The position numbers and the translations under genes are program-made. DNA of 64,000 nt from Parcubacteria group bacterium (GTDB lineage: Bacteria > Patescibacteriota > Minisyncoccia > Phycocordibacterales > UBA2135). Numbering within the stretch: the first letter of the stretch is position 1; every line of letters starts with the position of its first letter. Location of the stretch: contig JACOWN010000007.1 of assembly GCA_016176785.1 (NCBI GenBank), forward strand, positions 6,970 through 70,969, read 5' to 3'. The notes under the pieces were generated by a model. The model was not told the origin of the DNA and made no database searches. It saw only the letters and a list, made by a program, of their open reading frames with translations. Of this stretch, positions 20,242-27,653 are shown piece by piece.

Positions 20242-20955
20242 ATGGGAAAGCTGTGCAAGGATCAGAGGGAAACCCTGATTGGCAAGTTGGCCGCCCTGTT
20301 CTCAGGGGTTACGGCCGACGAGATCGACGAAGTGGTGGACGCCACCAAGACCCTTCTCACGAGTGAGGCCAAGGAAGCCAAGAACCGCGAGCGCCTGGAG
20401 ACCTTTGATGGTCAGGTCAAGACCTTGATCGACAAGGGCTACCCCGAAGCGGCCGGCATGGAGAAGGATCAGTTCCTCGGGTATGTGAACCCCCTCAGGG
20501 ACAAGTTCGAGATCGGCGACATCATCGTCATCCCCGAGCGGATCGTCTCCATCCCCAAGCAGATGTCGCTGGTGAAGCTCGCCGGCAAGACGGGCTATAC
20601 CCGCCTCAACCTCGGCGTGCTCACGCAAGCCGATGGTGTCGAGACCCCGAATGTCCCGTACCTGATTCGCGATGTCGAGGACGGGAGCGCCTGTCGGAAC
20701 ACCTCTCCCGGCGACTGCGTCAAGCAGTTCAAGAAGCAGGGACGGTTCGGACTCGTCACGGAGGAAGGGATCGCCATCGTCACCCACAAGCCGGAGACGC
20801 TCTGCGATCACTACATCGATCTCCCCGGCTCCCGCTATTATGGCTCGGGCCATGTGCCGCTCTTGTGGCTCAATGTCGGTCGGCCGAAGCTCGACTACAA
20901 CTGGGCTGTCAGCGACATCTCGAAGTGCGGTTCCGCGTCCTGCGGTAGTCGCTAG
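20242..20955 (+). CDS. DUF5701-like protein (237 aa), paralog 1; candidate variable C-terminus
   Basis: FD.QV.TL.DKGYP.AAG, PYL..DVEDG, EEGIA.VTH.PE, GSR..VP.LW...PKL..W..GSASC pattern recalled for DUF5701; strong SD. Confidence 0.8.
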   Translation: MGKLCKDQRETLIGKLAALFSGVTADEIDEVVDATKTLLTSEAKEAKNRERLETFDGQVKTLIDKGYPEAAGMEKDQFLGYVNPLRDKFEIGDIIVIPERIVSIPKQMSLVKLAGKTGYTRLNLGVLTQADGVETPNVPYLIRDVEDGSACRNTSPGDCVKQFKKQGRFGLVTEEGIAIVTHKPETLCDHYIDLPGSRYYGSGHVPLLWLNVGRPKLDYNWAVSDISKCGSASCGSR

Positions 20956-21129
20956 GACTTTGGACTTTGGGCCCTTGCCGTGCCCGCCGTAGGCGAGGCT
21001 CGCCAAAGGCGGCAGGTCGCGTCACGCGACACAACGAGGGCAGTTCGATGCATCACGCACGATCTGCCCTTTTTTTCTATCTTTTTATTCAAAAAAGCGG
21101 TAAATAAAAAACATGATGTTTGTTGCGCA

Positions 21130-21179
21130 CAAGAGAGAAACCGCACTATACTTTCGTAAGACGTACAAGGAGGGTCACT
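21130..21179 (+). repeat. 50-bp exact direct repeat, copy 1
   Basis: CAAGAGAGAAACCGCACTATACTTTCGTAAGACGTACAAGGAGGGTCACT also at 22447-22496. Confidence 0.93.
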
Positions 21180-21445
21180 CATCGCGTGTGAGCGCATGTG
21201 GATGATGCTTCGGACGTGAGGAGCGCGTCGGAATCGCTCCATAACCGCGTCTCTTTGCTTTCGCCACCCACTTTACCACTGCGGAGTGGGTGTATCCGAA
21301 ATGTCTCGCCGCCTTTCTCGTCGACCACCCGCGACGGACCAACTCCACCGCTTGTCCCCGAACTTTTGGCAGTTCGGGATTTAGTGCTATATGCCATATG
21401 CACTTCATGCTAACCCCCAGGGTGGTTCCAAGCTATTGAACCATT
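21180..21445 (-). mobile_element. IS remnant: N-terminal HTH of an IS481/IS630-like transposase, frameshifted and truncated
   Basis: MAYST / NPELPKVRGQAVELVRRGWSTRKAARHFG...VVKWV...SSRPKHHP; extra A after codon 5; no DDE domain. Confidence 0.75.
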
Positions 21446-21448
21446 ACG

Positions 21449-21639
21449 GACACTTGACAGGAGGGCAGTAATTTGTTACACGTAACGCAGGAAGTGAAAG
21501 TCCAGTATGTGCTGGGCTTTGTCCCTCGACAAGCTCGGGACAATCCTGAGCGAAGTCGAAGGATTGACAACGGAATAATCTCCGCCTACGCATAAAGCTA
21601 CGGCGGACAGGCCAAACCCAAGCAAAGGAGGAAAGACCG
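21449..21639 (+). promoter_or_regulatory. Conserved promoter and structured 5' leader, copy 2 (with 66-nt hairpin insertion)
   Basis: TTGACA at 21454; homologous to 20116-20241; insert 21547-21612. Confidence 0.7.
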
Positions 21640-22375
21640 ATGGGAAAGCTGTGCACGGATCAGTTGATCGGGAAGTTGGTCGCCCTCTTGCGAGAGGCCG
21701 ACTCGGAGGAGTTCGATGACGCGGTGACGCAGGCCAAGGGTCAACTCACGGCAGAGTCCAAGCAGGCCAAGCGGAACGACCTCGAGAAGCTCTTCGACGC
21801 TCAGATCGCGACTCTCAAGGATCGCGGCGTCCCCGAGCAGATCGTGGAGATCCTCCAGAACCAGAAGGGTTCGGTGGTGAAGAAGGCGAGCGAGTTCGGT
21901 GGTGAAGAAGGCGAGCGAGATGGCGATCGGAGACGGCAACATTCCGTTTCTCCCCGTCATCCCCCGCTCCCCTCGGAGCCCCTACGACCTCATGGCCATG
22001 GTGCGAAACGGTTCGAAGGTGGGCTACGCCTACCTCAACCCGACGCAGATCTCCGATGTGGTGGACGCTCCCCAAGAGCCCTACTACATCTACGATGTCG
22101 AGGACGGCAACATCACCCGTGGCAAGTCGCCGGAAGACGCCCTAAAGATCTTCAAGCAGCAGAAGCGGTCTCCGCTCACTGCCGCCGAGGTCATGGCGCT
22201 CGCGACTCACACGGATGTGCTCTCGCGGCACTATGTGTGGGCTACCGGCTCCCGCTATGAGTTCGCCGCCCGGGTGCCGAATGTCTATCTGGGCGGCGGT
22301 CGGCCGAAGCTCGGCTGGGACTGGGTCGGCGACTCGCTTGGCCACTGGGGTTCCGCGTCTTGCGGTAGTCGCTAG
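21640..22375 (+). pseudogene. DUF5701-like protein paralog 2, frameshifted by a 25-nt tandem duplication (236 aa if one copy is removed)
   Basis: MGKLC start and GSASCGSR* end match paralog 1; duplication 21869-21893/21894-21918. Confidence 0.85.
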
Positions 22376-22446
22376 GACTTTGGACTTTGGGCCCTTGCCT
22401 GCCCGCCGATTTTTTCCCCCCGCCGTAGGCGAGGCTCGCCAAAGGC

Positions 22447-22496
22447 CAAGAGAGAAACCGCACTATACTTTCGTAAGACGTACAAGGAGGGTCACT
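22447..22496 (+). repeat. 50-bp exact direct repeat, copy 2 (provides TATACT and AGGAGG for the MazG-like gene)
   Basis: Identical to 21130-21179; ends 1 nt before ATG 22498. Confidence 0.93.
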
Positions 22497-22497
22497 A

Positions 22498-22908
22498 ATG
22501 GCGCGCAGGCCGAAGCAATCAGAAGTTGAAAAACGGCGCCGCGAGGCGTTGCCCGACCTCCCGTATTTTGACCGCGCGACGCTCGTGGAAGCGGGCGATG
22601 TTTTTTCGGGATACGCGGACCGATGGATAGGCCAGTATAAAGAAGGATATTGGGAGCCGCATCATATCCTGGCCCGACTCGTGGAAGAAGAGGTCGGCGA
22701 GCTGTCGCGCGAGGTGAACCACGAATTCGGCCCGAAAAGAAAAAAGAAAAGTGAGATCGCCGGAGGAGTTGCCGAAGAACTGAGCGACATTCTGTTCACG
22801 ATCGTCTGCCTCGCGAACTCCCGGGGCATCAACCTCGGCGCTTGCTTTGCGGACACATTGGCGAAGTACAATAAACGCGACACCGGGCGGTTCAAAAGAA
22901 AGAAGTGA
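22498..22908 (+). CDS. MazG-like nucleotide pyrophosphohydrolase (YpjD-like)
   Basis: LARLVEEEVGELSREVNH..GPK, EELSDILF..CLAN, RD..RF. Confidence 0.88.
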   Translation: MARRPKQSEVEKRRREALPDLPYFDRATLVEAGDVFSGYADRWIGQYKEGYWEPHHILARLVEEEVGELSREVNHEFGPKRKKKSEIAGGVAEELSDILFTIVCLANSRGINLGACFADTLAKYNKRDTGRFKRKK

Positions 22909-23027
22909 CAACGCGCTCAACCCGGGGGCGCATTTTTTAATGCCGATGCCCCGTGTCAGCCGCGCGTTTTTTTGTTTTCCACACCGGCGCATAGACCCCC
23001 GACGATTCCCGCTGGTATACTTTGGCT

Positions 23028-23396
23028 ATGGACGCCTCCTCATTCCTCACCGTTTCCGCATCGCTCGCAGGCGTCATGCTCGGCGTAAGTTTTTGGCCGC
23101 AGGTCTACAAAGTATATCGTACCAAAAGCGCGCGCGACCTCTCCATCTGGATGGTCGCGCTGCTTTTATGCGCCTCCGTCGTGTTTTTTATTTACAGCAT
23201 CTATTTTGTCCAGTGGCCGTTCCTCATCGCGAACGGCTTGGGCATCCCCGCGCTCCTGTTGCTCGTTCTTGGGTATGTGAAATATCGCGACCGCCGGAAC
23301 GAACAAGGGAATGAATGGGAGGGGGTTGTGGCGGTGGACCGGGCCGAACTTGAGGAAAGCGCCCCTGCGGTTGATTTTTTTGCCGAAAAATCATAG
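23028..23396 (+). CDS. SemiSWEET / PQ-loop family transporter
   Basis: SFWPQVYKVYRTKSARDLS, three TM, IAN. Confidence 0.85.
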   Translation: MDASSFLTVSASLAGVMLGVSFWPQVYKVYRTKSARDLSIWMVALLLCASVVFFIYSIYFVQWPFLIANGLGIPALLLLVLGYVKYRDRRNEQGNEWEGVVAVDRAELEESAPAVDFFAEKS

Positions 23397-23406
23397 GATA
23401 GGAACG

Positions 23407-24069
23407 ATGGAAACACCTATCCTGCGCGCGGAAAAACGGGATGTGAAAACGAGGGCGGACGCGGTGCGAAAGGGAGGAAAACTCCCGGCGGTTTTTTATG
23501 GCCGCAAAGCGTCATCAACACCGATCGCGGTGCCGAAAATGGATTTTTTGAAGGTCTGGCAGCGCGCAGGCGAGTCAACGGTCGTCACGCTCAAAACGGA
23601 GGACGGCGACCTGCCGGTCCTGATACAGGATGTGGCGTTTGATCCGGTGCGCGGAGAGCCGATCCATGCCGATTTTTATGTCATTGAAGCCGACCGTCCG
23701 GTGGAGGTCAACGTCCCGCTCGTATTTGAGGGCGTGGCGCCCGCGGTCAAAGACCTCGGGGGGACGCTCGTCAAGGTGCTTCGCGAGCTTGAGATCAGGG
23801 GACTGCCGAAAGATCTGCCGCACGAAGTTGCCGTCAATGTTTCTTCGCTCATAACCCTTGAAAGCCAGATCACGGCGCGGGACATTCCGCTCCCGCGCGG
23901 CATCACGCTCATAACCGGCGCGGAAGAAATAGTCGCCGCAGTCGCCGTTGCCAAGGAAGAAGAAGTGGCGCCGCCCGCCGAGTTTGACGCTTCGCAAATT
24001 GAAGTTGAAGAAAAAGGCAAGAAAGAACCGGAAGAAGGCGAAACCCCGGAGGAAACACCGAAGAAATAG
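23407..24069 (+). CDS. rplY: 50S ribosomal protein L25/Ctc
   Basis: G.LPAVFYG, P.HADFY, VEV.VPL, acidic tail. Confidence 0.93.
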   Translation: METPILRAEKRDVKTRADAVRKGGKLPAVFYGRKASSTPIAVPKMDFLKVWQRAGESTVVTLKTEDGDLPVLIQDVAFDPVRGEPIHADFYVIEADRPVEVNVPLVFEGVAPAVKDLGGTLVKVLRELEIRGLPKDLPHEVAVNVSSLITLESQITARDIPLPRGITLITGAEEIVAAVAVAKEEEVAPPAEFDASQIEVEEKGKKEPEEGETPEETPKK

Positions 24070-24171
24070 CCCCCTCTTTTTTCCTTTTTTCTGCAGCAAT
24101 GCCGGATATCAGAACCAAGAATTAAGGATCAAAAAAGGCGGTTCGTTCCCTTAACTTTTGGTCCGTGATTC

Positions 24172-25488
24172 TTGATTCTTGTGATATTTCGTTACTCCGT
24201 CAGCATATCCTCGCTCCTCATCGTTTTCCTCGTCTCGGGGTTGGTCTTGCCTGTGCATGCCGAGGTGACGGGCGCCGATGTCCTTGCGCGCCGCGCCGAA
24301 CTTGAGCAGGACCTCGCAGCTCTTGAAAGAGAAATTGAAGCGCAGCGCGCCGTTCTCCAGGAGAAACAGCGCGAAAAGGTGTCGCTTGAACGCGATATCG
24401 CAATTTTAGACGCAAAAATCCAGTCCGCCGAACTTTCCATCCGCGCGCGCAACCTCGTCATTGAGCGCCTCTCGCGCGATATCGTTTCGCGCGAAATAAC
24501 CATCGGCGATCTTTCCGAAAAATTGTCGCGCGAAAAAGAATCGCTTGCCGAACTTATTCGGAGGACGCACGAAATTGACTCGTATACCATCGTTGAAGTG
24601 GTGCTCGCCAACCGGAGCTTGTCGGATTTTTTCCAGGACCTCGATTCGTTCGGCGCCATCAGCGCGTCGCTTCAGGCGTCATTCCGCGAGATCGGCGAGA
24701 CGAAAGACGCGACGGAACGCGAGCGCAATTCGCTTGCCGATAAGCGCTCCGAGGAGCAAGAACTCCGCCGTTTGCAGGAAATCCAAAAACAGCGCATTGA
24801 AAGCGACAAAGGTTTGAAGCGCCGCTTGTTGGCGTTCGCCGCGGGGCAAGAGGCGGAGTATTTGGAGGTCGTCAACGCAAAAGAAAAAGACGCCGCGGCG
24901 ATCAGAAGCGAGCTCTTTGCGCTCCGCGGCTCCGACGCCATCCCTTTTGAACAGGCGCTTGAACTCGCGAATTTCGCCGCGCGGAAAACCGGCGTCCGCG
25001 CGGCGCTCATCTTGGGCGTTATCGCCGAGGAATCAAATCTCGGCGAGAACGTCGGCACCGGCACATGGCTTGCCGACATGCACCCCACGCGCGACCGACC
25101 GATTTTTGAAGAGATCACGCGGAAACTCGGCTATCTTCCCGACGCCATGCCGGTGTCAAAAAAACCATGGTACGGCTGGGGCGGCGCCATGGGACCCGCG
25201 CAGTTCATTCCCTCAACGTGGGTCTTGTATGAGGACCGAGTTGCCGCAGCGGTGGGGGTCTCGATCGCCGACCCGTGGAAGCCGCGCGACGCATTCGCCG
25301 CCGCCGCGCTGCTTTTGAAAGACAACGGCGCGTCAAACGGTTCGTATGCCGCGGAACGTCTTGCCGCGCTTCGCTATTTTGCCGGCTGGCAAAATGCGAC
25401 GAAACCGTCCTACGCGTTTTACGGCGACGAGGTTATGGAGCTCGCGGCGAAATATCAGAGGCAGATAGACATATTGGGGAGCTCGTAA
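24172..25488 (+). CDS. Secreted coiled-coil protein with C-terminal lytic murein transglycosylase domain
   Basis: Signal peptide, long coiled coil, ES.LG.NVG, GAMGPAQFIPSTW; start codon uncertain. Confidence 0.85.
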   Translation: MILVIFRYSVSISSLLIVFLVSGLVLPVHAEVTGADVLARRAELEQDLAALEREIEAQRAVLQEKQREKVSLERDIAILDAKIQSAELSIRARNLVIERLSRDIVSREITIGDLSEKLSREKESLAELIRRTHEIDSYTIVEVVLANRSLSDFFQDLDSFGAISASLQASFREIGETKDATERERNSLADKRSEEQELRRLQEIQKQRIESDKGLKRRLLAFAAGQEAEYLEVVNAKEKDAAAIRSELFALRGSDAIPFEQALELANFAARKTGVRAALILGVIAEESNLGENVGTGTWLADMHPTRDRPIFEEITRKLGYLPDAMPVSKKPWYGWGGAMGPAQFIPSTWVLYEDRVAAAVGVSIADPWKPRDAFAAAALLLKDNGASNGSYAAERLAALRYFAGWQNATKPSYAFYGDEVMELAAKYQRQIDILGSS

Positions 25489-25583
25489 CCCCGTGCATCA
25501 ATGGAGCAATGGCGGCTTTACAAACAGAACGGGTTTTGTTATAGAGAATAAGACCGTTATTGAAGTGAAGGCGGAATCATTTT

Positions 25584-25922
25584 ATGAAGTCTGACATACA
25601 CCCGACCTATTACCCGAACGCCACAGTAACCTGCGCGTGCGGCAATTCTTTTACTGTGGGTTCAACGATGGAAAAAATAGAAGTGGAAATTTGCTCCGCG
25701 TGCCATCCGTTCTATACGGGGCAGGGGAAGATTTTGGACACTGCGGGGCGCGTGGAGAAATTCAAGGCGCGCCGCGCGACCGCAGAATTGCGGAAGGGAG
25801 ACCTTGCAAAAAGCAGGGAAAAGAAGGAGGCAAAAAAGGCAAAAAAAACAGAGAGTAAAAAAACAAAAGCCCCCGCGCCCAAAAAACAAAAAACAAAAGC
25901 AAAAACAAAAACCGCGAAGTGA
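25584..25922 (+). CDS. rpmE: 50S ribosomal protein L31 (Zn-binding type, Lys-rich tail)
   Basis: [27 protein letters not shown]. Confidence 0.96.
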   Translation: MKSDIHPTYYPNATVTCACGNSFTVGSTMEKIEVEICSACHPFYTGQGKILDTAGRVEKFKARRATAELRKGDLAKSREKKEAKKAKKTESKKTKAPAPKKQKTKAKTKTAK

Positions 25923-25941
25923 CCGCTTCGCGGTTTTTGTT
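25905..25941 (+). terminator. Hairpin terminator overlapping rpmE stop
   Basis: ACAAAAACCGCGAAGTG/CGCTTCGCGGTTTTTGT. Confidence 0.65.
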
Positions 25942-25943
25942 GC

Positions 25944-25987
25944 CGCCGTCTATGCTTAAATTCTTAAGAATTTAAGCATAGACGGCG
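25944..25987. repeat. 44-bp perfect palindrome
   Basis: CGCCGTCTATGCTTAAATTCTT|AAGAATTTAAGCATAGACGGCG, no spacer. Confidence 0.93.
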
Positions 25988-26125
25988 AGACACGCGAACG
26001 GAACAGCCCGCTGAAACTGTGTCTTGACAGAGTCGTGTATGTCTGATATCGTATAATCCGGCACAGTTACCTCTACCTCCCCGCAATGTCGCGGGTAACC
26101 ATCAGAATAGGAAAGGAAAGAAGAC

Positions 26126-26593
26126 ATGGTTGTTCTTTACCAGTGTTGTAAGTGGAGCACGATCGTCTTCGTGCTTCAGGTTGTTATTGCGGCGCTGGCA
26201 TGGTTGGCGACGACGGACGGCGACGACATTGCCTTCGTCGCCTTCGCCGCCGTCATCTCCCTCTTCCCCGCCGCCACTTTATTCGCCTTCACCATCGCCT
26301 TCCCCGCCGCCATCGCCCTCCTCTCCGCCGCCATCGCCTTCTTTATCGCCTTCTTCATCGCCGCCGCCACCTTCCTCATAGCCGACCCCCCATTCACCGC
26401 GCTTTCCATTTTTGGCACCACGGCCGCCGTCGTCGGCGTCATGGTGGGAATCGTAAGAATCATACATGAGGCGCGGGCAAACGGCGAGACGGCGCCATGG
26501 TGGGCATACGCCGTCGCCCTCGCGCCGGCCATCGGCGCGACAGCGGGGTGGCTCCTCTACCTCCGCTTCAGGAATCGCGCTGCGGCACGGTAG
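26126..26593 (+). CDS. Hypothetical membrane protein with low-complexity NYC-codon tract
   Basis: TTGACA upstream (~26024), purine-rich SD, downstream terminator; hydrophobic. Confidence 0.72.
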   Translation: MVVLYQCCKWSTIVFVLQVVIAALAWLATTDGDDIAFVAFAAVISLFPAATLFAFTIAFPAAIALLSAAIAFFIAFFIAAATFLIADPPFTALSIFGTTAAVVGVMVGIVRIIHEARANGETAPWWAYAVALAPAIGATAGWLLYLRFRNRAAAR

Positions 26594-26612
26594 CTTGCCG
26601 CAACGCGCTTCT

Positions 26613-26648
26613 TCCCCCGACCGTGCGCGTGGTCGGGGGATTTTTTTT
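26613..26648 (+). terminator. Rho-independent terminator
   Basis: TCCCCCGACC..GGTCGGGGGA followed by T8. Confidence 0.8.
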
Positions 26649-26666
26649 ATGGTATGTTTTACGTGT

Positions 26667-27617
26667 ATGGATTTGGAACAGTACAAAAAGAATCCCAAAA
26701 CAAAGTATCTCGCAGAGATGTATCAAAAACTTCTTGAGGAAGAAACGAATCTTGACCATCTCGTTGCAGACGACCCCTCAATGGTCGGGCTTGCCGCCGA
26801 TGAGAAGCGGCGTATCGTCGAACAGCGCGAGGGGGTCTTAAAGCAGATGGACGACATTCTCGCTGGAGGCGGCGAGGAAGCGGCGCCTCCCAAGGAAGTC
26901 ATTTTGGAAGTGCGTGCGGGAGCGGGGGGAGAAGAGGCGGCGCTTTTCGCCCGGGAACTCGCGGATATGTACGGGCGGTACGCCGGAAATGTCGGCTGGT
27001 CGTTCAAAAAAATCGACGGATCGGAGAGCGAACTCGGCGGATACAAAGAGGCGTCGTTTGAGATCAGAGGAGGGGATGCATACGAAAAACTGCGGCATGA
27101 AACGGGTGTGCATCGCATCCAGCGCATACCCGCGACGGAAAAGTCGGGACGCATCCACACCTCAACCGCATCCGTCGCCGTTTTGCCGGTGTACAAAACG
27201 GCCGGTGTAGAAATTAATCCCGCCGATATTGAGGTTGCTTTTTCCCGCGCGGGAGGGCCGGGCGGACAGAACGTGAACAAGGTGGAAACGGCCGTCCGCA
27301 TTACGCACACACCGACAGGTCTCGTGGTGCGCTCCACCGCGGAGCGCAGCCAGCAAAAAAACCGCGAAAAAGCGTTCGCGGTGCTTGCCGCAAAACTTGC
27401 CGAAATGAAAGAAGAAGAAGAGTTCGCGAAACTTTCGGCGGAACGGCGGGCGCAGATCGGCCGCGCCGACAGGTCGGAAAAAATCCGCACCTATAACATC
27501 CCTCAGGACCGCGTTACCGACCACCGCTTGAAACAAAGCTGGCACGGCGTTCCGCGCATCCTTGGCGGAGACATCGGGGAAATAATTGAGGCGTTCCGCG
27601 TTCCGGAAGCGTCGTAA
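26667..27617 (+). CDS. prfA: Peptide chain release factor 1
   Basis: [33 protein letters not shown]. Confidence 0.95.
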   Translation: MDLEQYKKNPKTKYLAEMYQKLLEEETNLDHLVADDPSMVGLAADEKRRIVEQREGVLKQMDDILAGGGEEAAPPKEVILEVRAGAGGEEAALFARELADMYGRYAGNVGWSFKKIDGSESELGGYKEASFEIRGGDAYEKLRHETGVHRIQRIPATEKSGRIHTSTASVAVLPVYKTAGVEINPADIEVAFSRAGGPGGQNVNKVETAVRITHTPTGLVVRSTAERSQQKNREKAFAVLAAKLAEMKEEEEFAKLSAERRAQIGRADRSEKIRTYNIPQDRVTDHRLKQSWHGVPRILGGDIGEIIEAFRVPEAS

Positions 27618-27653
27618 TCCCCACCGTTCCCTTCCGCGTGCTATACTACAAGT

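Noticed and set aside
20100-22500. Complete DGR, CRISPR array or integron
   Set aside because: No RT, template repeat, cas gene, regular repeat-spacer array, integrase or attC core in the window.
25810-25915. A-rich repeats in rpmE 3' end
   Set aside because: They encode an ordinary Lys-rich tail.
26130-26469. Pro/Ser-rich and Arg/His-rich alternative ORFs
   Set aside because: Out-of-frame readings of the NYC tract; the hydrophobic frame has the SD and terminator.
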